Shown: positions 1 to 13,370, counted from the whole stretch's first letter. The stretch is DNA of 63,943 nt, filler included, from Octopus bimaculoides (GCF_001194135.2; 5 parts of 5 records of this genome joined end to end with filler, not necessarily neighbours in it); one strand, 5' to 3'. Numbers and translations are program-made. The notes: a model not told the origin generated them from the letters alone.

Positions 1-49
<49 letters not shown>

Positions 50-159
50 CATACATACATACACACACATACACACACACACACGCACACATATATATAT
101 ATACATACATTTATATGTGTGCAAGTATATATGCACATGTGTATGTGTGTGCAACTATA

Positions 160-190
<31 letters not shown>

Positions 191-512
191 ATGTATGTAT
201 ATGAAACAGCACTCAGTATGATGGCAAACAGTGGAAATTATGTAAGCATATGTAATGTTTATATTAACATGCTCGATACACATTTAATCTTGCTGAAATA
301 TAATAATATTTACGTTATAGCACTAAAGATGTTTGGTAACTCTTCGCCTAACAAATTCTCTTACCATTCCAGAAACCTCTTCGTTCCTTCAGCGGGACAA
401 AATATTGCTTACAAGTGAATTTTCAGAGTCGATATTACGAATATTCTACAAATGAAGAGTTTCAACTAAATAAAAAACAAAACAAAACAATACGCTGATC
501 TCTCCCCCCCCC

Positions 513-669
<157 letters not shown>

Positions 670-801
670 CTTTCTTTTCACGATCTCTTTTGATCGGAAT
701 TTTATTTTTCTCCTTTTTTTTTTAATCTATTTTCGAAAAGTAAAGCTCTACATTGTATTTTGTCCCCTCTGTGTTCGGCCTAGTGTGGCTAATAAAGAAA
801 C

Positions 802-832
<31 letters not shown>

Positions 833-842
833 NNNNNNNNNN

Positions 843-881
<39 letters not shown>

Positions 882-1774
882 TGTCTGTCTGTATATACAT
901 ATATTCTTGGCGTTTTTCATATCGTCCTCGAAGAGATAAATGATGGTGAGCCATGATAAATGATAGGATTTGAACTCAAATTGCAGGGCAATCCATTTAG
1001 TTTATAATACCTATCACTGTACTACTGCATTCCAACTTTGGAAATATTGGAACTACTTCACATCTTCCATTACATTACTACAGAAAATTGCATTACGCTC
1101 CCCCCCACGCGCACCCATTTATCCCCTCCTACGAGCACTTGCAACGTACATATGCTTACATGATTGCACGCACACACTCACACATATATATAGATACAGG
1201 CAAACATAGACACACGTATACACACACATAGACACATGTATACACACACACAGACACAGACACAGACAGACACAGAGAGAGGCACAAATGTATGTCTTCG
1301 GACTTCAAGGCAATCAGTTTTGATTGCCTGAAGACTGTGTGACGTCACCAACACCACCAGCAGCACCACCTCAACCCTCATCATCATCATCATCATCACC
1401 AACAGCAGCTGCAGCAGCAGCAGCACCACCACCACCACCACCACCATCACCAACAAAAACAACAACAGCAGCAGCAGCCGCGGTGACCAGAACAGTCGGT
1501 AAAGCTATCTGCCATAATTAACTCAAGATAAACAAAGACATCAACCGTGACGGAACGGCAATGTTTGTCATTGAAGCGCTTCATTAGTTCAGTGAAGCAC
1601 GAACTTTTGCATCCGAAACGATTTTCAGTTGATTTTGTTGGATATGTTTTGTGTCAAGAGTCAGCAAGTCACGTGTCCGTCATCAGACTCTTGTTAGTGT
1701 GGTTGAAGATAATTTTGGTTTAACCTTTCATTAAGAATGGATTTAAAACTGATTAAGATAATAGCTAGAAGAAT

Positions 1775-1826
<52 letters not shown>

Positions 1827-1865
1827 TAGAAACAAGAATGAAGAGATGGTTTGAGGAAACATCAA

Positions 1866-2031
1866 GCAGCAAGCTGCCAGAGTCGTTAGCACGCCGGGCG
1901 AAATGCTGAGCGGTATTTCGCGTCTTTACCTTCTGAGTTCAAATTCTGCTGTGGTCGACTTTGCCTTTCATACTTTCGGGGTCAATAGATTAAGTACCAG
2001 TTGCGTACTGGGGTCGATCTAATCGACTGGC
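1866..2031 (+). mobile_element. SINE-A (tRNA-derived head + Nin/Deu-like core), 3'-truncated
   Basis: Shares gttagcacgccgggcgaaatgc...gagttcaaattc...gcctttcat.ctttcggggtc.ata.attaagtaccagttgcgtactggggtcgat with 10 or more copies in the window. Box-B-like GAGTTCAAATTC. Confidence 0.85.
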
Positions 2032-2489
2032 AAAATTAATAGTCAAGACTATTTAAGCATTTTACCTGATCAAATTCATCCTATGGTTTCGGAACTGTTT
2101 CCGGAGGGAAACACAATCTTTCAGGATGATAATGCACCAATTCACACACACAGCTAAAGTTGTTACTGAATGGCATGAGGAACATTCTAGTGAAGTTTAA
2201 CATCTTATCTGGCCACCACAGTCCCCAGATCTCAATACTATTGAACGTTTATGGTGTATTTAAGAAACACAAGTAAGGAGTCGATATCCTCCAGCATCTT
2301 CACTACAAGAACTGGAGACTATTTTAGCAGAAGAATGGACAAAAATTCCTTTGGAAACAATTCAAACTTTGTACAAGTCCATACCTCGTAGAATTCAAGC
2401 TGTAATTACTGCCAAAGGCGGTCCTACTCCACATTAAAATAAATTTGTTCGAAATTTTAAGGTGTTTCCATTATTTTGTTCAACCCCTA
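2029..2489 (+). mobile_element. Tc1-like DNA transposon 3' fragment (degenerate transposase C-terminus + right TIR)
   Basis: GKINSQDYLSIL...IFQDDNAPIH(fs)AKVVTEW...WPPQSPDLNTIERLW...IPRRIQAVITAKGGPTPH* (stop 2435-2437; 2 internal stops, CA-slippage frameshift). TIR-like gtgtttccattattttgttcaaccccta followed by TA. Confidence 0.9.
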
Positions 2490-2680
2490 TATTTATATGT
2501 GTATACCCCCCACATATATATTCACACACACATATATATACACATATATATACATACACACATATATACATACATATATATATATATATATACATATATA
2601 CATACGTACATATATACATATATATATATACACATATATATATGTATATATATATTTATATCTCTATAGATACATACATG

Positions 2681-2821
2681 TGTAATGATGAAAGGATAAG
2701 ACTAGTGCACATGCATTTGGGCAGGGTTTTCGTTTTTCCTGCAAAATTACTTGTCCCTTTGTGTTACTTCTATGCATTCTTTGAAGTGCAACACAGCTGT
2801 ACAGGCTGTTATTCTTCTCGG

Positions 2822-2898
<77 letters not shown>

Positions 2899-3040
2899 GC
2901 TGAGAAGAATAACAGCTGTACAGCTGTGTTGCACTTCAAAGAATGCATGGAAGTAGCTCAGACGGACAAGTAACTTTGCAGGAAAAACGAAAACTTCGCT
3001 AAGCGCATGTGCACAAGCTTTATCCTTTCATAATTTCACA
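2681..3040. mobile_element. Foldback/MITE-like element: ~140-bp inverted arms around a CT/TA/GT microsatellite loop
   Basis: 2688-2823 is the reverse complement of 2898-3031 over most positions, e.g. tgcattctttgaagtgcaacacagctgtacag versus ctgtacagctgtgttgcacttcaaagaatgca. Confidence 0.8.
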
Positions 3041-3323
3041 ATCGGATATCATTACAATTTCGGCACCTAAGACAATATAGTTGATTCCATTGGTTCGCAT
3101 AACATATTTAGAGTTAGCGAGAGTACAGTTGAGTACATATGAAAAAGAACAACGAGAAGAACAAATGATTATACAAGATTAGTAAAGGAAAATTATGAAC
3201 GAAAATGAGTATATAATAAAAAGCGGCTTATGCTTTTGTTTGCAACCTTACAAGTATAACAAGTTGTGGACACAGTTGAAATTAACAATATTGTTGGAGA
3301 GGCCGAAAATATCTATCTATCTA

Positions 3324-3364
<41 letters not shown>

Positions 3365-3365
3365 A

Positions 3366-3422
<57 letters not shown>

Positions 3423-4651
3423 ATCCGTTTGCTTGTGTCTGTATGTGTATGCGTGCTTGTGTGTACGTTGATACGAGAATAAAAAAATGCTAGAGAGTAA
3501 AAATGAAATTACATTAATAACAAAAACTGGAGACATTATCTGGAACACACACACACACACACAAGCAATATATATGACTGTATTTAGCAACTTTCATAAT
3601 GAAGTAAATATCATTAAAAGTAGAGAATTAAATGAGAACCGAGCCCGTTTGTCATGGCTGGATTTCGTTTTAAAGTGATGTTCCAATATGTCGTCCAAGA
3701 CAGCAACTTGATCTACAATTTACATTCTAAATTAAAGGAAGTACGGAACTGTGGTATCTGTCAGTATTTGAATTAATTACAGAAACTAGATTCCTCCTCT
3801 TTGGTGTTCAAATGGATTTCATGAAGGAAAAGCAATATTTCTCCTCTTTGGCAGCTCCAAGGCGTTAATCGACGCTGTATATGATAACGATGTTGCTTTT
3901 AATGATGGAGCAATTATCGTGATTAATCGAATCAAATCAAATTGTAGAGGTTTGAGATTGCTAAGTGTTTAAAGTAAAGCAGCTCTTATTCATAGTTTGT
4001 GAGATCGACTTCGTGATATGAGTCGCAGAAGCAATCAATTCAAAAAGATCACAGAATAAAAAAAAAAAAGAATTTCATCTCTAAAGATGAAAATATTAAT
4101 CTTAATCCAATTGTGTTACACCGTTAAACTCAGTGGGTATTCAAACGGTGTGTCCGTGGATAGTTGATGGGTCGGATCTGGTGTTGATGAGAGAGCAATA
4201 ACTCCTGATATGCATATGTACCCATTATCTTTTTTCTATCTTCGATCGCATCGTTTATAGAAAAGTATTCGTTTATGAAACGTCGAAACTTTTAGTGCTG
4301 TCTCTCAATTTTATAAAAGATTTTTATAGATAAAGTGTAGACATTTAGTAGAAGAATTGATGAAATGAAATGGACGGTGACTATATTAGCCATAAAAGCA
4401 ACCACAAACGCGATGATGACAAAGACGACGACGGCTGCTGGCGCTGCATCATCATTATCATCGTCTGCTCGCTTGCATTCGAAGCTCAAACTCGTAAAGA
4501 GATGCTGCTTACATACCTGACCTCAAATATTTCTGTGTTTATTTGAAGGATTTTGGAGATATACACACAGCCTGTGCACGATACATAAACATTGTGTGCG
4601 CATATCCATCGATCCATCGATCCATCGATCCATCGATCCATCGATCCATCC

Positions 4652-4713
<62 letters not shown>

Positions 4714-4714
4714 T

Positions 4715-4767
<53 letters not shown>

Positions 4768-5729
4768 AGATTAGCACACACTATACATTTACATACATGC
4801 CTATATACATGTGTGCGTGCGTGTACACTTCACATACATGTGCGTACGTGTGTGTTTATGCATGTGTATGTAACGTATTTCTAATGTCGTGAACCTGCTG
4901 GATTTTTGGCTTACAAGAAAGTCGGATGTGATGGAACAACAAAGCGTTCTCTTTGAATAAATAAACAGATGAAGGAAAAAATTGCAGGAGAAAACAATTC
5001 GAAAGGAATCCGGTGTTTTGTTTACGTCAGCTGCTCTCTGTTTTATTTTCATTCAGTCTTTAGTCTTTACACTTAAGTCTTGTTAAGTAAAAAATAAAAA
5101 TAAAATATAAAGAATGATAAAAAGTGCCTCGACTTTTAGAAGGCGCTTTGGGTTTGCATTTTGTTGTTGTTTGTTTCCAGTCAGTGAGTTTAGAGAGTTC
5201 TCAAGTAGAGAAAAGACGTTCAGATTGATGTTGTTTTATAAAGAAAGGTCTTGATAGGCAAAACGGCTGAGAAAGAAAGGCTGTGAAGGTGAATGCGATG
5301 GTGAAAGAGGTGAAAAATGTAAACAATGTTTAGAGATAAACAAAAGCCGGCACAATCAAAGCAAAACTACTTAATGAGATTTTGAGAAAAATAACATGAC
5401 GTAATAAGAGCGAATAAGAATTAAGGAAGGCAACGGATGCAAGAATGTGAAGCTCGTGTGTGTGTGTATGTATGTATGTATGTATGTATTTATATCTGTG
5501 TGTGTATGTATGTGTATGTATAACTATGTATGTGTGTGTATGTGCGTGTGCATATATATATGTGTGTGTGTATGTATGTGTATGTATAACTATGTATGTG
5601 TGTGTATGTATAACTATGTGTGTGTGTGTGTGTGTGTCGCTCTCTCCATTCTTTCATTTTCTGTGTACGAAAATTGCTTGTATAGTATAACTAATCGGCG
5701 GGGTGGAGTCAAACAAATTGAAAATTCCT

Positions 5730-5787
<58 letters not shown>

Positions 5788-6767
5788 NNNNNNNNNNNNN
5801 NNNNNNNNNNNNNNNNNNNNNNNNNNNNNNNNNNNNNNNNNNNNNNNNNNNNNNNNNNNNNNNNNNNNNNNNNNNNNNNNNNNNNNNNNNNNNNNNNNNN
5901 NNNNNNNNNNNNNNNNNNNNNNNNNNNNNNNNNNNNNNNNNNNNNNNNNNNNNNNNNNNNNNNNNNNNNNNNNNNNNNNNNNNNNNNNNNNNNNNNNNNN
6001 NNNNNNNNNNNNNNNNNNNNNNNNNNNNNNNNNNNNNNNNNNNNNNNNNNNNNNNNNNNNNNNNNNNNNNNNNNNNNNNNNNNNNNNNNNNNNNNNNNNN
6101 NNNNNNNNNNNNNNNNNNNNNNNNNNNNNNNNNNNNNNNNNNNNNNNNNNNNNNNNNNNNNNNNNNNNNNNNNNNNNNNNNNNNNNNNNNNNNNNNNNNN
6201 NNNNNNNNNNNNNNNNNNNNNNNNNNNNNNNNNNNNNNNNNNNNNNNNNNNNNNNNNNNNNNNNNNNNNNNNNNNNNNNNNNNNNNNNNNNNNNNNNNNN
6301 NNNNNNNNNNNNNNNNNNNNNNNNNNNNNNNNNNNNNNNNNNNNNNNNNNNNNNNNNNNNNNNNNNNNNNNNNNNNNNNNNNNNNNNNNNNNNNNNNNNN
6401 NNNNNNNNNNNNNNNNNNNNNNNNNNNNNNNNNNNNNNNNNNNNNNNNNNNNNNNNNNNNNNNNNNNNNNNNNNNNNNNNNNNNNNNNNNNNNNNNNNNN
6501 NNNNNNNNNNNNNNNNNNNNNNNNNNNNNNNNNNNNNNNNNNNNNNNNNNNNNNNNNNNNNNNNNNNNNNNNNNNNNNNNNNNNNNNNNNNNNNNNNNNN
6601 NNNNNNNNNNNNNNNNNNNNNNNNNNNNNNNNNNNNNNNNNNNNNNNNNNNNNNNNNNNNNNNNNNNNNNNNNNNNNNNNNNNNNNNNNNNNNNNNNNNN
6701 NNNNNNNNNNNNNNNNNNNNGAGGACGATGATCGCGAAGACGACGATCATAAACAGAATCTAAGAGG

Positions 6768-6980
6768 CGGCGGCGACCTGGCAGGAACGTTAGCAGGCCG
6801 GGAGAAATGCTTAGCGGTGTTTCGTCTGCCTTTGCGTTCTGAGTTCAAATTCCGCCGAGGTCGACTTTGCCTTTCATCCTTTCGGGGTCGATAAATTAAG
6901 TACCAGTTGCGTACTGGAATCTATCTAATTGACTGGCCCCTTCCCCAAAATTTCAAGCCTTCTGCCTAGATTAGAAAAAT
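6768..6980 (+). mobile_element. SINE-A, near full length
   Basis: Head, core and ccccttccccaaaatttcaagccttctgcctagattagaaaa tail. Confidence 0.9.
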
Positions 6981-7269
6981 ACCACAAAAACTACTTCTTG
7001 AAACATCTGTACCCTCACCACCACCACCATTACCATAATTCGAAGAAAGAATAATAAATTCAACTAGAAATGGCGCGATTGTTACTATTTTTCATTTTGC
7101 CGGAATCAGTAAAATAAAATAACTCACAGTAATACATTCGGGTCGACCTTGTCACTTGTGGTTTCCCCTCAATTTTGTGATCCTGTAATGTTGTTAGAAA
7201 TTAGTTTATCAAAAACGACGAACGAATTATGTATTTGAAAACCGTGGCCAGAAAGTAAATTGTTGAAGG

Positions 7270-7640
7270 CGGAGTGGATCAGCTTCTGGCTCACAAGCTT
7301 ACTCTCTCTTCTTTCTTTGCTTTTTCTACTGTTATGGCTGCACCTCCTTAGAGCTCAGTGGCGTAATGCACTCTCCACTCAAAGACTCCTCACTCAGACG
7401 CTATGCTGCGTCTAATTCCTCCCACACTCTGCACTAGCCCCTACACCCAGTCCTTTCTCCCCGGAACATCACCCCCACCAGGATTTTAAAAAAATCTTTT
7501 CACATGTTTTACTTGCAGCCGTTGACTTGTAATAGTTTCAACGGAACGTTAACGGTTTCAATCTCACCGATCGCAGGTCAGCGAAGGGACTTCATTACTG
7601 GTCTTCCTCCAGAACCGACAAGTAAAAAAAAAAAAAAAGT
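7270..7640 (+). mobile_element. Decayed LINE 3' end (CR1/Jockey-group-like ORF2 C-terminus) with poly(A)
   Basis: Broken frames give QLLAHK...FYCYGCTSLELSGVMHSPL...SFPRN...AVDL**FQRNVNGFNL, resembling LINE ORF2 tails. Ends in an A-run at 7624-7638. Confidence 0.45.
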
Positions 7641-8334
7641 AGCAGCAAAAATCCAAAAGAAAAAAAAACAAAAAAACAAAACAAATAAAGAATAAAAAGG
7701 TGAAAACATAAACTGCCAGACACAACCGCATAGACGGACATCGTATCCGTTAAATCTTATCGTGTTTCGTAAACAGAGATTTTAAAGAACAAGGGGAGTC
7801 TTTTCAAATAGAAGCTAAACACTTAACCGAACTCATCACCTTAAAAATGTTTCCACAATCCATCTCAGCTGTTGACCTCTTCGAGAAACATTTAACGAAA
7901 CTGTCGAATGACTCGTAAGTATTCCAGGTGCATTCCGCTGTTAAACAACCTGATTGAACAAGCACGAGTTAGCCATGAAAGAATCAGAGTTGCTTTAGCC
8001 ATTCTCAACCATCAAATAGTGATAAACTCCACCCCCCACCCAACACATAATCATTATCTATCTTCTCACGTACATACACACACTCACATGCACAGTTATA
8101 CACACATAATATATATGCACATACACACATTCCTCGTTAAAGCTAATGTAGCGTCTGTCTATTGTCTACATATCAGTGAATAACAGCAATTTTCTAAAGC
8201 GCTGAGATCACCTGTTAAGCTTTACCTGATCGGCTTTTTTTGTTCATTTAGTTTCTTATTTTACCTTTGATATTTAAACGAAAAGTAGAATGTTCTCCCT
8301 CACTCTCTCTTTTTTCTCTCTCTGCGTGATTTAT

Positions 8335-8570
8335 AATATAGGTGGAAAAATAGTACTCGAATACCAAAAGTAGAGTAATATGCTCTTATTAAAGGAGCAA
8401 AGTTATCACAAAAGTTGTTACTCAGAGTTTCCCGTTACCGTTCGTTGGACAGTTGTGATCGTACTGTATATTTTGATTGCATCGATAACTGAAGAGATGC
8501 CGGTGCAAGTTTCCGTCCTGACATCCGAAATTCGGAGTTTTATTATGGCAGTCAAATAATTGTCACATAT
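8335..8570. repeat. Probable Penelope-like terminal repeat relic with two back-to-back degenerate hammerhead-like motifs
   Basis: Minus strand 8414-8454 reads ACUGU-CCAACGA-ACG(GUAA)CGG-GAAA-CUCUGAG-UA-ACA. Plus strand 8489-8540 reads CUGAAGA-GAUG...CAUC-CGAAA. Confidence 0.4.
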
Positions 8571-8593
8571 TATATATATATATATATGTGTGT

Positions 8594-8632
<39 letters not shown>

Positions 8633-11029
8633 GGAAAAGCAGAGCATCCAGTTACTTACTATAGGAATATAAAGGAATAACGATTTCAAAGAAACCAGGT
8701 TCGCAATCAAAGAAATGCAACACACATTTGAGTAATGTAACCCCCCCCCCCCCACACACACATACACACACATGNNNNNNNNNNCCCCCCCCCCCCACAC
8801 ACACATACACACACATGCATACATGCATACATACACGCACATACACACATATAAATACATACACATACATGCATTCACACACATATGTATGTATATATAT
8901 ATATTTGTATGTGTGTATAGACGCAAATATACACACAAGTTAATGTGGCTGTTTACTGATATTAATACATCAATTTGTTCCTAGAAGAAAAATAAGATGG
9001 TTGTTTAGTTGTTTAGTTGGATACAAAAGTAAGAAAGAACAGAGTGACTTTGATTTCCCAGAAACGTTGCTACATAAAGGCAAACATGTTTATACAACAC
9101 ATGATGCATAACGAATAATTAATTCGAGAAACAGCTTTACTGATTTCGTATTTTATTCTTCTCTTTCATTTATATTTTCGGTAGAAAGGAAACTATAGTG
9201 TTTGACTGGAGTTAAAATCTCTTTACAAATGTTGTGCTCTGACCTTGAACAGGTTAGCAAACTGTAGATTTTTAATTAGATTAAAGGGTTACACTATAAA
9301 AAGAACTATGTTGTTTACACCAAGATAGACTTTGAAAAGGCCCATATCCCTGTTACAGGCCAAGGGTATGTGGTGGGGGAACCTTTGGTAAAAGAATTTA
9401 CTCTTTTATAAATAGTTCTCGAATATTTGTATTCTGCTCTGTGTTTGTAGGTAGATTTTGTGGACCAAACTCAGTATGAAGCCCTAATTCACACATTGGT
9501 CATGTGTAGTTAATATTGATTACTAAAATATTTAATAAGTAGTTCTGATATAGGGTTTAAATTTCATTCTAAACTGGGTTAATTACCAGTCGAATTGGGG
9601 TCAATATTGAACACCTGGCCTGGGTCTGTTAGCAGTTTAACACGGGCCTGTGTTACCCTTTCTTGTATATTACTGCACTGATTGAGAAGATTAGGTATCA
9701 CTTAATAAATTCAGCCAATGATTTGCAGAGATATTTTGAGATAAAGAGCAGAGAAAGCGATCGAATTAATTAATACACATAATGTTCTTATAATTTATTT
9801 GTTTTGTTGAAATAAAGAGCTGCTTAAATTTCTGTGATGGTGAGCAATATTATATATTATGTCGGTTTTGCATCACCGACGACTTCATCTTTAGTTGGTG
9901 TAGCCAAACTAGTAATTCTCAGCCCCTACTTTCACTAAATTGCGTTTTAAAAGTGTCCATGTTTACAAGTTTTGCAAAAAAAAAAAAACTAATTTATATT
10001 TTTCTGATACTCTGACCATTCAGAAGTGATCCCTTTTCAGATGTTTGCGTAGGATAATGCCTCTTGTGTTACATCTTTTATGAAAATTATTAATGAAGGC
10101 GAGGACTTATGTAATGAAATTATACTGGACCATGATGCACCATCCATCATATTTCAAGATCATTCACAACACAATATCCGATCAATATTCTAATCCTGAA
10201 AATTAATTTATTTTTGAAAATGTGTTTAAAATTGAAGTGTTGTTTTTGGTTTAAATATTTCTAGACTGCTTCTAAACATCCTCTCTTAACTTTTGCCACT
10301 CCTTTATGAGCTTACCCCGCTCCCAAGACGGTGCTACAGCACAGTTAAAAACGAACATATATGGAGCGTCATGTTGACTGAGCACTTAAACATAATACCT
10401 ATAGCTGGGGTTGAATTCAGTACTGCAAGTCATGTAAACAATTGTTTATTGAATAATACTTTAACTGTTTTAACCTACAACACTTCTTAACGGTTACGTG
10501 AACAAGGCAGTTTGGCAGTTCAGTGTAATTTGAATAAAGCTGGCAACCGTTAATCTTTAAACGGCGGGTTTTACGGAACGTGATCAACGCAGCCATGTTT
10601 GAACTCACTATTAAGTTACCAAATGCTTTAAGAGACAACGAGGAGGCTTTTTAAAGTGCCATTTAACTTGATAGAAAAACAACCAAATTTACCAAATCAT
10701 TCAAAATAAGGAAGGGTCATGTCAGATATCGTTATCGTCCTTGCTATACCTTATGGATTAAAGATATCGTGAAGTGAGACAAATCAAAATCTAATTTATT
10801 AAAATATAACTTAATTAATTCAGTAAGAGAATTAATATATCTTTAGCCTTGTTTAAAAAATAATTCTAGACAAATAAGATCTAGAGATAACATACTGGAT
10901 CACAATTTAGATTTTATGTGTGTACGCGTGTGTGTGTTTGAATGTATATACATATATGTCTATGTAAAATGTAGATATGTGTGTGAGTGTGATTGTGTAC
11001 GTGTGTCTGCGTGAGTGCAGGTGCGTGTA

Positions 11030-11380
11030 GACGCAGTATGACCGAACGATTAAGGTGTTCGATTCTTAACCATGACACCCCTGGGTGGATCACACTGTGC
11101 TGCATCTTGGACAGATGCGCTTTTCTATAGTTTCGGTTCGAGTCGCATCTTGCGAATGAAACCGGTTTGACGAAGACTGTAGAGAAGCCCGTCGAATGGA
11201 CTGTAAATGTAATTCAAAAGGTACAGCCTTGTCACGTATTGTGTCACGCTGATTCTGCCTGACGATTATATTTCATGGTGCGTGTGTCTGTGGATGCTCA
11301 GCCGCTTACGTGTTAATTCAAAGGCAGACAACTCAGTTGCCCGAACAACTGAATCGTCATTGTCAAACGACGGAGATCCA
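11030..11380 (+). mobile_element. Old SINE with SINE-C-like head/CORE and SINE-B-like tail
   Basis: cacactgtgctgcatcttggacagatgcgctttt...gtagagaagcccgtcg (as SINE-C), then tgtaattcaaaaggtacagccttgtcac...gtgtctgtggatgctcagccgc...cgacggag (as SINE-B). Confidence 0.6.
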
Positions 11381-12367
11381 CGCATCTATGTATTCATACA
11401 TGCACACACGCATTCACACAGAAACGCAGAAAATGTCATGGCCGCCACCTGATACCTCGGGTTTCCTGTCTAGGTTTTCTAACATTCAATCAGTAAGAAA
11501 TTTGATTATAAGCCAATATAAAGACGGCCAAAAATGTCTAACTGCACCACAAATCACGTTTAAGAAGAAAGGTTACGATTTTGGCCTCGTTTCAAGGCGT
11601 AATATCAAATGTATTAATTGTTCAAGCAAAGATCAAATGGGCGCTACTCTCGATTGAACTAATCATTAATAACAGTTTATACCCCATAAAACATTCATTA
11701 TCTCGCGATGCATATTGGCCAATGAGTCTAATGCGAAACGTTTAGGAAATAATATTTTCAGCATCTTTCTCAGATTCTTTGCCTCAATTTTGGTCAATGC
11801 TTCATTGTTCCTTTTTTCTTTTTTCATTTTAAAACTCTGTATCATTTATGATTCTGGTGTTTTATTAACAGATTGTTTCCTGTATTTAGCTTCCTCGTAT
11901 TACGTGATGTCAAACAGAGAAGCGGGTGAAGCGTGAGGTCCCATGAAATGGGCGATATTCAGACAGGTCTTTCTTTAAGTTTCTGAAAGTATGAAATATT
12001 TCTATAGACATGTAGGAACACTCGCCCCCCCCACACATGCACGCACGCACGCACACACACACACACNNNNNNNNNNNNNNNNNNNNNNNNNNNNNNNNNN
12101 NNNNNNNNNNTTAATTAATTAANNNNNNNNNNNNNNNNNNNNNNNNNNNNNNNNNNNNNNNNNNNNTACGAATTGGAGACGCTGCGTTCAGTCATGTAAA
12201 AACAAATATTAAATGAGTATATGCATATATACGTACAGGTATGTGCGTACCGACATCCACCTGTATGTATAGGTGCATATCTGGGTACAGGACATTGCAA
12301 ACAAAACGTAGACGAGAAAACACACAAATATATATATATATATATATGCATACACAGACAGACAGAC

Positions 12368-12399
<32 letters not shown>

Positions 12400-12499
12400 T
12401 TACAGATGCACGTTTTACAAAACAGATTTTCGGGGAAGCTTATAAATTTTTTCATATTTCTCCAGATCATTTATTCATTGTTATCTTTACCAAGGAGTG

Positions 12500-12760
12500 A
12501 ATGCGCGTGTTCTAGTGTTTACGGTTTTGCCCTCACGATCGCAAGATTGATGTTTCGAATTCCGGACTGGACCGTGTGTTGTGTTCTTCAGCAAAATATT
12601 TCGTCTCATATTGCTCTCTCATCACTTCTACATTTGATATTTGGCACACTTTGCACTATTGGAGGTAATGTTGATTTGATGGAGTTAGTGAACTAACGTA
12701 CACCATATGCGTTTGATCACTACGAGCAATTCACTTGAGCAGGTTGTTGAGCCAGAAATT
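12500..12760 (+). mobile_element. Diverged tRNA-headed SINE relic (further family)
   Basis: tRNA-like gtgttctagtgtttacgg...gtttcgaattccggac followed by CORE-like gtgttgtgttcttcagcaaaatatttc. Confidence 0.45.
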
Positions 12761-13239
12761 GCAGAACTCACCTATTGTCTACATCAGGAGGGTCCTCGGC
12801 GATCTACCGATTAATTTCCACTTCCCATTTACCAAGAGAATGTAGACGGGGCATTTAATATGTCACCCAGTTTTACATAACCACTTCTCTCTTACATGCT
12901 TTTAGCTGAGTCCATTCTATCGCTAGTACAGTTGCCAGGTCTCCAGTTTGAGGATGTGATATGAGCCACGATTTCTAACTCGCTCATGTACACCGGTCTC
13001 GGAAACCTTGTGGAATAAACATAAGTGCTGCAAATACTTCTCTGAATAGGATCTCTGTCAATAAGGATTCGACCATGCATCTGCACCAATATGAGTACGT
13101 CTAAGCAAGGTTTCCTTATTTTGTTATAACGATCAGTTACTATGCTTTGCATGTTTTTTTCCCCTCCAAGCAACTTTTCTCAAAGAACACAAAGAGCCAT
13201 TCTAGATACCACAAGGTACCTTGAACGACGATCTAATAA

Positions 13240-13370
13240 GTCCAACAACTCCAGGACTGGTACATCTTTTTTATCGGGCCCCGAAAGGATGAACGATAAA
13301 GTCGACATCGGCAGGATTTGAACGCAGAGAGCGGAGATCGGAATAAATACCATGTGATATTCTATCGAAA
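13240..13370 (-). mobile_element. SINE-A fragment, diverged
   Basis: ctggtacatc...atcgggccccgaaaggatgaacgataaagtcgacatcggcaggatttgaac is the reverse complement of the SINE-A core. Confidence 0.65.

Noticed and set aside
1340-1347. Full CRE palindrome TGACGTCA, with an E-box CACGTG near 1670
   Set aside because: An 8-mer is expected about once per 65 kb; no TSS evidence.
7519-7622. Exon-like segment with SFNGTL, resembling the PKC N-terminal VFNG
   Set aside because: No further C2 similarity; better explained as a LINE 3' end running into poly(A).
9280-9365. Open frame IKGLHYKKNYVVYTKIDFEKAHIPVTGQG ending at a gtatgt donor, with another acceptor at ~9468
   Set aside because: The two pieces are not phase-compatible (immediate stop), and no recognisable protein. 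Insufficient support, though this unique block is worth an RNA-seq look.
12067-12166. TTAATTAATTAA flanked by 44 N on each side (also at 32679, 55179, 62734)
   Set aside because: An identical 100-nt placeholder with stops in all frames; a scaffolding artefact, not biology.
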